Assembly: GCA_017450005.1 (NCBI GenBank)
Contig: JAFSYM010000146.1
Span: 2,811-66,810, forward strand
Reading direction: 5' to 3'
Source: Clostridia bacterium
GTDB lineage: Bacteria; Bacillota; Clostridia; Oscillospirales; Acutalibacteraceae
DNA length: 64,000 nt
The position numbers and the translations under genes were made by a program. Under the pieces are notes generated by a model. It saw nothing but the letters and a program-made list of their open reading frames with translations. It was not told the DNA's origin and made no database searches. Of this stretch, positions 17,220 through 26,732 are shown in pieces (the first letter of the stretch is position 1; each line of letters opens with the position of its first letter).

Positions 17220-18782
17220 ATGAACAATGCCCGTAAACTCTTCGGCGGCACGCTGATTCTGACCGCCGCGTCGTTTCTGATGCAGACAGTCGGCGTGTCG
17301 TTCAACGTCTGGCTCACGGCCAGACTCGGCGCGGAAGGGATCGGTCTGTTTCAGCTGATCCTGACCGTTTACAACTTTGCCGTGACGCTCGGCAGCGGCG
17401 GCGTCCGTCTGGGCGCAACGCGCCTTGCGGTGGAAGGGGAGGCCAAGGGCGAAGATACGCGGCGCATTATGCGCGGGTGCTTGCGGTATGCGCTGTGTAC
17501 GGGCTGTGCCGCCGGTGCGCTTCTGTTTGTGCTCGCGGACGTTGCGGGCACATACTGGCTGCACGATCCGTCCTCGGCGATGCCGCTTCGTATTCTCTCG
17601 CTGTCGCTGCCGTTCGTGGCCATGTCGGCGTCGCTGAACGGATACTTCACCGCTGTGCGGAAAGTCGGCCGTTATTCCGCCGTGCGCATCCTCGAACAGA
17701 TTGTGCGCATCGCCGTCGTCTGCGCATGTATGCAGCGCATGCTCCCTCGCGGGCTGCGCTACGGGTGCGCGGCAATCACGGCGGGCATACTGGCGTCGGA
17801 AGTCTTCTCATGGCTGTGTTTGGTTGTATTATACAACATGGAAAAGAAAATGTACAGAAAAAAATCACAAAAATTTCAGCTTTCCGCCCTGCTGCATATC
17901 GCGCTGCCGGATGTGTCCGGCACAGGCGCACGCTCGGCGCTGCTGACGGCGGAGCATCTGCTCATCCCGCGCGGACTGCGGCGGTGCGGCGCGTCTTCCG
18001 CGGGTGCGCTCGCAGCTTACGGCAATATCCACGGCATGGTGTTTCCGGCGCTCTTGTACCCGTCGGCGATTCTGACGAGTCTTGCGGGACTGCTGATCCC
18101 GGAACTCGCCGGACGGCGCGCGCAGGGACAGAGTGCGCAGATCGCGTCCATCATCCGGCGTGTGTTTCGCATGACGCTGCTGTTTTCCATCGGTACGGCG
18201 GGTATCTTCTATGCGTTTGCGGACGGCTTTTCACGCGTGATTTACGGCACGGGGGACTGCGCGTTCTACATGCGCGTCCTGTCTGTGCTCGTCCCGGTCA
18301 TGTACTGCGACATGACGGTCGACGGGATGCTCAAGGGACTGGACGAACAGCGCGCGTGCATGCGCTACAACATCTGGGATTCCGGCCTGTGCGTGGCGCT
18401 GGTCTGGGCGTTGCTGCCGCGATTCGGCCTGCGGGGGTATGTGTTTATCCTGTTTTTCAGCGAACTGTTCAATTTTTATTTCAGCGTGCGCCGTCTGTGC
18501 CGCGTCAGTACAGTGGAGGTGAACCTCGCCGCGGATCTGTTCATGCCGCTGTGCTGCGGGGTGTGCGCGCCGGCGTTTATTGTGCTGCTGATGCGGATCG
18601 GCATCCTGCGCAGCGCGTGGAATACCGGCACACTCGTCTGCGCGGTTCTTCTGAGCGCAGGGCTGTATGTGCTGCTGCTGTGGGGATTCGGCAGCGTTTC
18701 GCGCGAGGATGCGCGCCGTCTTGCGCGCACGTGCGGATTCGGACAGATGCGTTTGCCGCGCAGAGCGTATCACATGGGTTAA
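17220..18782 (+). CDS. MOP-superfamily flippase (SpoVB / polysaccharide biosynthesis protein type)
   Basis: 520 aa, about 14 predicted TM segments. N-terminus LILTAASFLMQTVGVSFNVWL is typical of SpoVB/MurJ-like proteins. Confidence 0.7.
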   Translation: MNNARKLFGGTLILTAASFLMQTVGVSFNVWLTARLGAEGIGLFQLILTVYNFAVTLGSGGVRLGATRLAVEGEAKGEDTRRIMRGCLRYALCTGCAAGALLFVLADVAGTYWLHDPSSAMPLRILSLSLPFVAMSASLNGYFTAVRKVGRYSAVRILEQIVRIAVVCACMQRMLPRGLRYGCAAITAGILASEVFSWLCLVVLYNMEKKMYRKKSQKFQLSALLHIALPDVSGTGARSALLTAEHLLIPRGLRRCGASSAGALAAYGNIHGMVFPALLYPSAILTSLAGLLIPELAGRRAQGQSAQIASIIRRVFRMTLLFSIGTAGIFYAFADGFSRVIYGTGDCAFYMRVLSVLVPVMYCDMTVDGMLKGLDEQRACMRYNIWDSGLCVALVWALLPRFGLRGYVFILFFSELFNFYFSVRRLCRVSTVEVNLAADLFMPLCCGVCAPAFIVLLMRIGILRSAWNTGTLVCAVLLSAGLYVLLLWGFGSVSREDARRLARTCGFGQMRLPRRAYHMG

Positions 18783-18843
18783 AGCGCAAAGCCCGTCCGT
18801 GCGCAAATATTTGCGTGCCGAAATAGAATATTCAACCGGCGGC

Positions 18844-19875
18844 TCAGAGCGTCACGGTGAAGCGGCACCCGCCTTCGGGCAGATTTTCCGCCTCGACGTC
18901 GCCGCCCGCGATCTCCACAATGCGCTGCACGAGCGCGAGACCAAGTCCGTTGCCGTCGGATTTGCGCGAGGCGTCGCCCTGATAGAACTTGTGGAAAATA
19001 TGACCCGCGTCTTTTTCCGGAATACCGGGACCCTCGTCCTGCACGGTGCAGAAGATGCGCGCATCCTGCCGGAACAGACGCAGGGTGATTGTGCTGCCCT
19101 CCGGACTGAATTTGATCGCGTTGTCGAGGAGATTGACCCAGACGTGCTGCATCATCGCCTCATTTTCCACGATGCTGATCGGTTCGAGCTCCACGTCGGG
19201 TACGATCTGCTTGCGGCTCCACTTCGGCTCAAGCAGCAGCAGCGCCATGCGAATCTGCTCGTCGAGCCGGTACGGTGCGTGTGGCAGACGAACGGATTGT
19301 GTTTCGAGCTTGGACAGCAGCAGGATATTGCCCACCAGCTCCGAAAGCCGGTGCGTGTTGGCCAGCAGCTTTTCAATGTACATACTCTGCTGCGGCGTAG
19401 AGTCCTCCTGCAGGAGCGTCACATAACCCTCGATGGCGGTGATCGGCGTTTTGAATTCATGCGAGACGTTGGCGACAAAGTCTGTCTGCAATATTTCCGT
19501 ATCGGACAGTTCGCGTGTCATGATGTTGACGTTTGTGTACAGGTCGCGTATTTCGCGCACACGCACGCTGTCCGGCAGTTTCGTGGTGAAATCGCCCTCT
19601 GCCACACGGCGCATCGCGGCGTCGAGCTGCCGGATGGGCCGGATGAAAAACGCGTCGAGCAGAAACGCCGCCACCGCGCCGAGGATCAGTCCCAGCAGCA
19701 GCCACAGCACGTAGTTCGGAAACCGGATCTCCCGCTCGAATACGCGGTCGAGCACCATCGACAGCACCGAGGACAGCGCGGCGGAAACGGAAATGGTCAG
19801 CGTCGCCACGATGATGCAGGTCATACGCAGCGACACATGCGGTTTTTTCTTTGGCTTGATCGTGTGTTTCATCAT
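18844..19875 (-). CDS. sensor histidine kinase (2 TM, HAMP, HisKA, HATPase_c)
   Basis: H-box SHEFKTPIT; G-boxes DEGPGIP and GNGLGLALV. Confidence 0.85.
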   Translation of the reverse strand: MMKHTIKPKKKPHVSLRMTCIIVATLTISVSAALSSVLSMVLDRVFEREIRFPNYVLWLLLGLILGAVAAFLLDAFFIRPIRQLDAAMRRVAEGDFTTKLPDSVRVREIRDLYTNVNIMTRELSDTEILQTDFVANVSHEFKTPITAIEGYVTLLQEDSTPQQSMYIEKLLANTHRLSELVGNILLLSKLETQSVRLPHAPYRLDEQIRMALLLLEPKWSRKQIVPDVELEPISIVENEAMMQHVWVNLLDNAIKFSPEGSTITLRLFRQDARIFCTVQDEGPGIPEKDAGHIFHKFYQGDASRKSDGNGLGLALVQRIVEIAGGDVEAENLPEGGCRFTVTL

Positions 19876-20543
19876 TTCAGCTCCACCTTGTACCCGACGC
19901 CGCGCATGGTCACGATCCGGATGTCTGGATTGTCTGCGAGTTTCTCGCGCAGTCTCCCGATATGCACCTCGACCGTGTGCGCGTCCGTGAAGCTGTCATA
20001 GCCCCACACGGCGTCCATCAACTGCTGCTTGGTGAAAATCTTGCCCGGGTCAGACGAGAGCTTGTACAGCAGCAGAAACTCCTTCTGCGGCAGTACTTCA
20101 CGTTTGCCGCTGCACAGCAGGGAGAAAGAGTCGAACTCCAGCTCCGTCCCGCCCAGACGCAGCCGCCGGTCATGCTGGATCTTGGCGCGCCGCAGCAGAG
20201 CGCTCACACGCAGCGTCATTTCGCCGACGTTGACGGGCTTGACCATATAGTCGTCCGCACCGCTCGAAAAGCCCAGACGCATATCGTCCAGATCTCCCTT
20301 GGCGGTGATGAGCAGAATCGGCATCGTATTGCCCGCGTCGCGCAGCCGCTGCACAAGCGCATTGCCGTTGAGCAGGGGCATCATCACGTCGGAAATGAGC
20401 AGATCAAACCGCTCCTGCGCCAGCACATTCAGCGCCTGCATCCCGTCGCCGGCCTGCCGGACGGTATATCCCTGCTTTTCAAGCACATGCGCGAACAGCG
20501 TGCGCAGATCGGCGTCGTCCTCGGCGATCAGTATCCGTGCCAT
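19872..20543 (-). CDS. OmpR-family response regulator
   Basis: MARILIAEDDADL, DLLISDVMMP and the winged-helix VEVHIGRLREKL. RBS AAGGAGGTC lies upstream. The track ORF (to 20786) over-extends. Confidence 0.9.
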   Translation of the reverse strand: MARILIAEDDADLRTLFAHVLEKQGYTVRQAGDGMQALNVLAQERFDLLISDVMMPLLNGNALVQRLRDAGNTMPILLITAKGDLDDMRLGFSSGADDYMVKPVNVGEMTLRVSALLRRAKIQHDRRLRLGGTELEFDSFSLLCSGKREVLPQKEFLLLYKLSSDPGKIFTKQQLMDAVWGYDSFTDAHTVEVHIGRLREKLADNPDIRIVTMRGVGYKVELK

Positions 20544-20574
20544 TGAAAGACCTCCTTGCATGGACGTTTTATAT

Positions 20575-20603
20575 ATTATACCAACTCTTTGCCTGTCGTG
20601 CAA
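20575..20603 (-). promoter_or_regulatory. sigma-A promoter TTGCAC-17-TGgTATAAT for the two-component operon
   Basis: On the minus strand, TATAAT is at 20575-20580 and TTGCAC at 20598-20603, with a 17-nt spacer and an extended -10 TG. Confidence 0.5.
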
Positions 20604-20614
20604 GACAACGCCTG

Positions 20615-20664
20615 AAAAAAGCAAAACATCCGAGGCGCATGGCTGCAAACCCCGGATGCTTTGC
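20615..20664 (-). terminator. rho-independent terminator after the flotillin gene
   Basis: Stem 20621-20632 / 20653-20664 (one mismatch), followed on the minus strand by TTTTTT (20615-20620). Confidence 0.5.
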
Positions 20665-20745
20665 CGGAGCGTTTTACGGCTCCGAAAAGAGAGTGAGAAA
20701 AGGTGTTGTCTATGAATTTCAGCGGATTTGTATGGTGGCTGCGGA

Positions 20746-22242
20746 TTATTCTTCCGTCTGCTGCGTGTGCCTTGCGCGGAATGCACGCAGCATATCGGTC
20801 ACGCCCAGACCCGTGGAGCCGGACAAGCCTTCGTTGACCTTGTCAATGGCGGTCATGATGTCGCCGACCAGCCGTGCGCTGTTGCCGTCGCCGTACATGA
20901 CGATCTTGTCGGTCTGGCTCAGCGGCTCGGCCACATATCTGGCGACCTCGGGCAGTGCGGTGAAGTACATTTCGAGCATGGCGGCCTCGCCGTATTTCTG
21001 CATCGCTTCGGCTTTCTTCTCAATGCCTTCCGCCTCGGCCAGCGCCTTGAGACGGATGGCCTCGGCTTCCGCTTCGCCCTTGGCTTTGATTGCCGCCGCT
21101 TCCGCGATACCGGCCGCCTTGACGGCCTCGGCGTTCTGCAGCGCCGCATATTTCTCGGCCTCCGCGCGCGCTTTCTGCGCCTCGGCCTCTTTTTCGGCCT
21201 CGAACTTTTTCGCCTCGGCCTGCTTCTGACGCTCGAACAGCTCGGCGTCCGATTCGCGCTGCACCTTGTACAGGACGGCGTCGGCTGCCTGCTGTGCGGC
21301 AAACTTGTCGGCTTCCGCCTTTTTTCTGACCTCGGCGGCAAGCGCTCTTTCGCGAATCTCCACATCGCGTGCGCCGATTTCGATATCCTTTTCCTTGCGG
21401 GCAATATCCGCGTCTGCCGTGGCGATCTCAATCGCTCTGCGCTGCTCCTGTTCCTGGATGGTGTAGGCGGCGTCGGCTTCGGCGCGTTTGACGTCTGCCT
21501 GTGCTTTCAGCTCTGCCTGCCGTATGGCCAGCGCATTCTGACGCTGCGCAATTTCCGTCTCTGCCTGTACCTGCGCGTCATTGGCTTCTTTTTTTGCGTT
21601 TGCGCGGGCGATGGCAATATCGCGTTCGGATTCGGCGCGGGAGATGGCTGCACGCTTCTGGATGCGCACCACGTTGTCTACGCCGAGGTTTTCGATCACG
21701 CCGTTGCCGTCCACAAAGTTCTGCACGTTGAATGACACGATTTCCAGACCCATGCGCGCCAGATCCGGCGCGGCGTTATCCTTGACCTTGTCGGCGAATT
21801 TCTGCCGGTCGCCGACCATGTCCTCAAGATTCATTTGTCCGACAATCTCGCGCGTGTTGCCTTCAAGCACTTCCCGCGCGATGGCTGCGATCTGCTCTCC
21901 GGATTTGTTCAGAAAGTTCTGCTCCGCAGCCTTCAGGAACTCTTTGCTGGTGCCGATCTTAACGTTGACGACCGCGTCGATGGACACGTTGATGTAGTCG
22001 GCCGTGGGTACGGTTGTCGCGGTTTTGACGTCGATGGGGATGAGCTTGAGCGTCAGCTCGTCTTTCTTCTCCAGAAACGGAATCTTGATTCCGGCGGTGC
22101 CGATTAGCTCGCGCGGTTCCTTGCGGAAACCGGAGATGATATACGCCGTATCGGGCGAGGCCTTGACGTAGCCGGACGCGCAGACGGCGATCAGAAAAGC
22201 GGCCAGTGCGGCGACGCCGATGATGATGAAAATAGTGGGCAT
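20746..22242 (-). CDS. flotillin-like SPFH/Band-7 protein (YqiK type)
   Basis: N-terminal TM and SPFH domain, then a long Ala/Glu/Lys coiled-coil (AEAEKYAALQNAEAVKAAGIAEAAAIKAKGEAEAEA). Confidence 0.85.
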   Translation of the reverse strand: MPTIFIIIGVAALAAFLIAVCASGYVKASPDTAYIISGFRKEPRELIGTAGIKIPFLEKKDELTLKLIPIDVKTATTVPTADYINVSIDAVVNVKIGTSKEFLKAAEQNFLNKSGEQIAAIAREVLEGNTREIVGQMNLEDMVGDRQKFADKVKDNAAPDLARMGLEIVSFNVQNFVDGNGVIENLGVDNVVRIQKRAAISRAESERDIAIARANAKKEANDAQVQAETEIAQRQNALAIRQAELKAQADVKRAEADAAYTIQEQEQRRAIEIATADADIARKEKDIEIGARDVEIRERALAAEVRKKAEADKFAAQQAADAVLYKVQRESDAELFERQKQAEAKKFEAEKEAEAQKARAEAEKYAALQNAEAVKAAGIAEAAAIKAKGEAEAEAIRLKALAEAEGIEKKAEAMQKYGEAAMLEMYFTALPEVARYVAEPLSQTDKIVMYGDGNSARLVGDIMTAIDKVNEGLSGSTGLGVTDMLRAFRARHTQQTEE

Positions 22243-22272
22243 AACAATTCTCCTTTCAAAGGCACGGCACGA

Positions 22273-22422
22273 CTATGCCGTGCGGACAAACGTGATAATC
22301 AGGCGGATCGTCCAGTACGTCCAGTAGGTGACGCTGACGACTTCCCAGCCCTGGGCGGCCATTTCGTTCATGACGCGCTCGGCGTCTGACTTGCGAACGG
22401 TTACAACTTTGTATGTTTTCAT
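22273..22422 (-). CDS. small DUF4177-like protein (49 aa, below the ORF-track cutoff)
   Basis: My translation is MKTYKVVTVRKSDAERVMNEMAAQGWEVVSVTYWTYWTIRLIITFVRTA. RBS GGAGGGTG lies upstream. Sits directly upstream of flotillin. Confidence 0.5.
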   Translation of the reverse strand: MKTYKVVTVRKSDAERVMNEMAAQGWEVVSVTYWTYWTIRLIITFVRTA

Positions 22423-22434
22423 GATACACCCTCC

Positions 22435-22575
22435 TTACCAGAACAGATAATGCACCATTTCCAGAAATGCGAGTATGCAGAGAACCAGAAGAAACGTCCC
22501 GCATCCGCAGCCGCCGTGACGTCTCGGCGGGGGCGGCGGCCAACCGCCGTAACGACCGAACCAGAACATATACAT
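22435..22575 (-). CDS. possible 46-aa membrane peptide
   Basis: MYMFWFGRYGGWPPPPPRRHGGCGCGTFLLVLCILAFLEMVHYLFW, with RBS AGGAGGA 1-7 nt upstream. No known family recognised. Confidence 0.3.
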   Translation of the reverse strand: MYMFWFGRYGGWPPPPPRRHGGCGCGTFLLVLCILAFLEMVHYLFW

Positions 22576-22714
22576 TCCTCCTTTTCTGCTGTCGCAAAGC
22601 GCTTTGTTTGAACATACTTTACCAGAAAACGGCCTTGCGATAAAGAAAGACAGCGCAGGATTAACCGATGTTATCCTCGCTCTCGGCGCAAAATAGGGCA
22701 GCGTATTTTTCCGA

Positions 22715-22743
22715 TTGATTCCGCGCGTGCAATGTGGTATACT
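22715..22743 (+). promoter_or_regulatory. sigma-A promoter TTGATT-17-TGgTATACT
   Basis: Hexamers with 17-nt spacing and an extended -10, 35 nt upstream of the XRE regulator start. Confidence 0.5.
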
Positions 22744-22777
22744 ATGAGCAATCAATCCGGCGGACGGGAGGCGCGGT

Positions 22778-23293
22778 ATGGGCAGAGCATCCGTGAAAGA
22801 AAACAAGACAATCTATCAGAAGCGGCGCGAAGCGCGGGGACTGACGCGCGCGCAGGCGAGCGAGGCGATGCAGTGGGTGACGGAAAGCCGCATCGAAAAG
22901 ATCGAGAGCGAAAAAACCACGGCCGCACCGGAAGAGGTGCTGGCCATGGTCGAGGCGTACAAGAGCCCGGAGCTGTGCAATTACTATTGCAGCCACGAGT
23001 GCGCGATCGGGCGCGGGTCTGTGCGCGAGGTGCGTGAGCGGCCGATTGAAGCGATTGTGCTGGAAATGCTCGACACGCTCAATCATCTGGAAAAGTACCG
23101 CGACCGACTGATTGAGATCACGTCCGACGGCGTGATCCACGACGACCAGATCGAAGATTTTGTGCGCATTCGCCGGGAGCTGGAGCGCATGGGCGCGGTT
23201 GTCGATTCGCTTGGACTGTGGTTTGACTCGACTGCGGCTGAGGGTAAGATCAACAAGCAGATATTGGCGCGTATCGAACAAGCCGAAAAGTGA
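22778..23293 (+). CDS. XRE-family helix-turn-helix transcriptional regulator
   Basis: N-terminal HTH (RREARGLTRAQASEAMQWV). Central CNYYCSHEC Cys/His cluster. Confidence 0.75.
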   Translation: MGRASVKENKTIYQKRREARGLTRAQASEAMQWVTESRIEKIESEKTTAAPEEVLAMVEAYKSPELCNYYCSHECAIGRGSVREVRERPIEAIVLEMLDTLNHLEKYRDRLIEITSDGVIHDDQIEDFVRIRRELERMGAVVDSLGLWFDSTAAEGKINKQILARIEQAEK

Positions 23294-23303
23294 AAAAACA
23301 TGC

Positions 23304-23335
23304 AGCAGCGATCAAAAAAAGGTCGCTGCTTTCTT
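23304..23335 (+). terminator. weak terminator hairpin after the XRE gene
   Basis: Stem AGCAGCGA / TCGCTGCT with an A-rich loop, followed by TTCTT. Confidence 0.4.
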
Positions 23336-23362
23336 GACATTATCTGCTGTTCGCGGTAAAAT
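23334..23362 (+). promoter_or_regulatory. sigma-A promoter TTGACA-17-TAAAAT upstream of aconitase
   Basis: Consensus -35 at 23334-23339, 17-nt spacer, TAAAAT at 23357-23362. Confidence 0.5.
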
Positions 23363-23390
23363 AATATGGTAATTTTATCGTATCGGAGGA

Positions 23391-25328
23391 ATGGATATGG
23401 GTTACACACTCGGACAGAAGCTCATCAAAAGCCACCTGGTCAGCGGCGACATGACGGTCGGCAGCGAAGTGGCGCTGCGCATCGACCAGACGCTGACGCA
23501 GGACGCGACCGGCACCATGGCCTATCTTGAATTTGAGGCGATGGGCGTGCCGCGTGTCAAGACGGAGCTTTCCGTGGCATACATTGATCACAACACACTG
23601 CAGACCGGCTTTGAGAACGCGGACGATCATCGCTTTATTGCGTCCTGCGCCAAGAAGCACGGCCTGCGCTTTTCCCGCCCCGGCAACGGCATCTGCCACC
23701 AGGTGCATCTGGAGCGCTTCGGCAAGCCCGGCAAGACGCTGATCGGCTCCGACAGCCATACCCCGACCGGCGGCGGCATCGGTATGCTCGCCATGGGCGC
23801 GGGCGGTCTGGACGTGGCCGTGGCCATGGGCGGCGGCGCGTACTACATCACCATGCCGGAGATCGTTCTCGTCAAGCTCACCGGCAAGCTGCGTCCCTTC
23901 GTTGCGGCCAAGGACGTGATCCTCGAAGTGCTGCGCATCCTGTCCGTCAAGGGCGGCGTGGGCAAGATCATCGAATACGGCGGCGAGGGCGTCAAAACGC
24001 TGTCCGTGCCGGAGCGTGCGACGATCACCAATATGGGCGCGGAGCTGGGTGCGACGACGTCCATCTTCCCGTCCGACGACGTGACGCGCGATTTCCTGCG
24101 CGCGCAGGGCAGGGAGGACGACTGGATCGAGCTGCAGCCGGATGACGACGCCGAATACAGCCGCGTGGTCGAGATTGATCTTTCCGCGCTCGAACCGCTG
24201 GCCGCCATGCCGCATATGCCCGACAACGTAAAGAAGGTTTCCGAGATCGGACAGATCCGCGTCGATCAGGTCTGCATCGGTTCATGCACCAATTCGTCGC
24301 TGCTCGATATGCTCAAGGTTGCCAAAATTCTCAAGGGCAAGACCGTCGCACCGAACGTCAGTTTGTCGATAGCGCCCGGCTCGATGCAGGTGCTCAACAT
24401 GCTCGCAAGAAACGGCGCACTGGCCGACATGATCGCTGCCGGCGCGCGCATCCTCGAATCCGCGTGCGGCCCGTGCATCGGCATGGGACAGTCGCCGAAT
24501 TCAGGCGGCATCTCCCTGCGCACATTCAACCGCAATTTCGAGGGACGCAGCGGCACCGCGGACGCGGGCATCTATCTGGTCAGCCCCGAAACGGCGGCAG
24601 TTTCCGCGATCACCGGCGTGCTGACCGACCCGACGACGTGCGATACGGACATTTGCGTGGAAATGCCCGACAGCTTCCTCATCAACGACAACATGATCGA
24701 ACTGCCCGCCCCTGTGGAGGAGATGGACAGCGTCGAGATTCAATACGGCCCCAACATCAAGCCTTTCCCGGCTACCGCGCCGCTGCTGGATACCATCGAA
24801 GCCAAGGCGGTGCTCAAGGTCGGCGACAACATCACGACCGACCACATCATGCCCGCGGGCGCCAAGATTCTGCCTTACCGCTCCAACATCCCGTTCCTTT
24901 CGCAGTTCTGCTTCCGGCAGTGCGATCCGGACTTTGCCGAAAACTGCAAGAAGGAAGGCAAGGCCATCATCGTCGGCGGCGCGAACTACGGACAGGGCAG
25001 CTCGCGTGAACATGCGGCGCTCGTGCCGCTGTATCTGGGCGTCAAGGCGGTCATCACCAAGTCCTTTGCCCGCATCCATCAGGCGAACCTCGTCAATGCT
25101 GGCATCCTGCCCGTGACATTCGACAATCCGGCGGATTACGACCGGATCGATCAGGGCGACATGCTGTGTCTGCCGGACGTGCGCGCAAAGCTGATCGCGG
25201 GCGAGGCGGTTACGCTCGTCAACGAAACCAAGGGCGAGAGCTATCCCGTGACGTGCAGCGTCTCCGATCGCCAGCGCGACATCCTGCTGGCAGGGGGACT
25301 GCTGGGATATACCAAGGCTAACGCATAA
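23391..25328 (+). CDS. aconitate hydratase
   Basis: IGSDSHTPTGGG, CIGSCTNSS, ACGPCIGMG and NRNFEGRSG motifs. The second ATG (23397) has better RBS spacing. Confidence 0.9.
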   Translation: MDMGYTLGQKLIKSHLVSGDMTVGSEVALRIDQTLTQDATGTMAYLEFEAMGVPRVKTELSVAYIDHNTLQTGFENADDHRFIASCAKKHGLRFSRPGNGICHQVHLERFGKPGKTLIGSDSHTPTGGGIGMLAMGAGGLDVAVAMGGGAYYITMPEIVLVKLTGKLRPFVAAKDVILEVLRILSVKGGVGKIIEYGGEGVKTLSVPERATITNMGAELGATTSIFPSDDVTRDFLRAQGREDDWIELQPDDDAEYSRVVEIDLSALEPLAAMPHMPDNVKKVSEIGQIRVDQVCIGSCTNSSLLDMLKVAKILKGKTVAPNVSLSIAPGSMQVLNMLARNGALADMIAAGARILESACGPCIGMGQSPNSGGISLRTFNRNFEGRSGTADAGIYLVSPETAAVSAITGVLTDPTTCDTDICVEMPDSFLINDNMIELPAPVEEMDSVEIQYGPNIKPFPATAPLLDTIEAKAVLKVGDNITTDHIMPAGAKILPYRSNIPFLSQFCFRQCDPDFAENCKKEGKAIIVGGANYGQGSSREHAALVPLYLGVKAVITKSFARIHQANLVNAGILPVTFDNPADYDRIDQGDMLCLPDVRAKLIAGEAVTLVNETKGESYPVTCSVSDRQRDILLAGGLLGYTKANA

Positions 25329-25349
25329 ATACATTCGTTTGGTTATTAA

Positions 25350-25471
25350 AGATAATAGATATTAGATCGTAGATTTTAGAAATGGGCGGTGCAAAGCCCC
25401 GCAACCCCATTAGAATGGGTACGGGCAAAGCCCGTCCGATTCTAACGTCTACAATCTATAATCTAACATCT
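25350..25471. repeat. structured intergenic element: 32-nt arms of 7-nt-periodic TAGAT / ATCTA motifs flanking the same core as 14531-14585
   Basis: Left arm 25350-25381 has TAG at 25356, 25363, 25370 and 25377. Right arm 25440-25471 is its imperfect complement. Core is 25382-25439. Confidence 0.65.
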
Positions 25472-25542
25472 TTCGCAGGAACACCCATAGATGATTCCCG
25501 GTACGACAATCGCATAGTACAATAAGACATGGAGGTATAAAT

Positions 25543-26715
25543 ATGACCGAAGCACAATTACAGGCAGCCGTAGCAAAGTTTGAAGAACTGGTGCGCGAGC
25601 AGAACGCTCGCAGCGACCGCATCAAGGAACAGGGCGACTTCGTCGATTACGACGCGCTCGATCAGATCGTGATCGGCGTTTGCGGCGGCGACGGCATCGG
25701 CCCGATCATCACCAAGGAATCCGCACGCGTGCTCGAGTATATGCTCGCGGACGAAGTGAAGTCCGGCAGGATCGTCTTCAAGGTGATCGACGGCCTGACG
25801 ATCGAAAACCGCGTTGCGGTGAACAAGGCGATCCCCGACGACGTGCTCGAAGAGCTCAAGAGCTGCCACGTCATTCTGAAAGGCCCGACAACCACGCCGC
25901 AGGCGGGCGATCCGTGGCCGAACATCGAAAGCGCCAACGTCGCCATGCGCAAGGCACTCGATCTGTTCTGCAATCTGCGCCCGGTCAAGGTGCCGGACGA
26001 GGGTATCGACTGGACGTTCTTCCGCGAGAACACCGAGGGCGCCTATGCCGTCGGTTCCAAAGGCGTGCATGTGACGGACGATCTGGCGATGGATTTCGTC
26101 GTGACGACGACCGAGGGCACAAAGCGTATCGCGAAGCTCGCCTATGATTACGCGCGCCGCAACGGCAAGGGCAGAGTGTCCATCGTGACCAAGGCAAACG
26201 TCATCAAGACGACCGACGGCAAGTTCCTGCGCCTGTGCAAGGAAGTCGGCGCGGACTATCCGGAGATCACGACCGACGAGTGGTATATCGACATCATGAC
26301 CGCCAAGCTTATCGACCAGAAGCGCCGCCGCGACTTCAAAGTGATCGTTCTGCCGAACCTGTACGGCGACATCATCACCGACGAAGCGGCCGAGTTCCAG
26401 GGCGGCGTCGGCACGGCCGGCAGCGCCAACATCGGCAAGCGCTACGCAATGTTCGAGGCGATTCACGGGTCCGCCCCGCGCATGGTGCGCGAGGGTCGCG
26501 GACAGTACGCCGATCCCTGCTCGATGCTGCGCGCGACGGTGATGCTCCTGTCGCATATCGGCCGCCAGAAGCAGGCTGACCTGCTCGAGCGCGCGCTTGA
26601 TATTTGTATGTATGAAGAAAAGAAACTGACCATTACCGGCCGCGATACGGGATGCACCTGCGCCGAATTCGGCGACTATGTGATGCAGACCGTGCAGCGT
26701 CTGAGCGCAGAATAA
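25543..26715 (+). CDS. isocitrate dehydrogenase (isocitrate/isopropylmalate dehydrogenase family, NAD(P)-dependent)
   Basis: NLYGDIITDEAAEFQGGVGTAGSANIG signature. Adjacent to aconitase. Confidence 0.85.
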   Translation: MTEAQLQAAVAKFEELVREQNARSDRIKEQGDFVDYDALDQIVIGVCGGDGIGPIITKESARVLEYMLADEVKSGRIVFKVIDGLTIENRVAVNKAIPDDVLEELKSCHVILKGPTTTPQAGDPWPNIESANVAMRKALDLFCNLRPVKVPDEGIDWTFFRENTEGAYAVGSKGVHVTDDLAMDFVVTTTEGTKRIAKLAYDYARRNGKGRVSIVTKANVIKTTDGKFLRLCKEVGADYPEITTDEWYIDIMTAKLIDQKRRRDFKVIVLPNLYGDIITDEAAEFQGGVGTAGSANIGKRYAMFEAIHGSAPRMVREGRGQYADPCSMLRATVMLLSHIGRQKQADLLERALDICMYEEKKLTITGRDTGCTCAEFGDYVMQTVQRLSAE

Positions 26716-26732
26716 CTGAGAGGAAACAATTC

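Noticed and set aside
18800-18816. Near-perfect palindrome GCGCAAATATTTGCG between convergent genes, as a possible operator
   Set aside because: It lies at the 3' ends of both neighbouring genes with no downstream promoter. It is more likely a weak bidirectional terminator stem or a remnant of the adjacent core-repeat fragment.
20900-21500. Low-complexity Ala/Glu/Lys-coding region that looks like a DNA repeat
   Set aside because: It is the coiled-coil part of the flotillin gene, not an independent repeat element.
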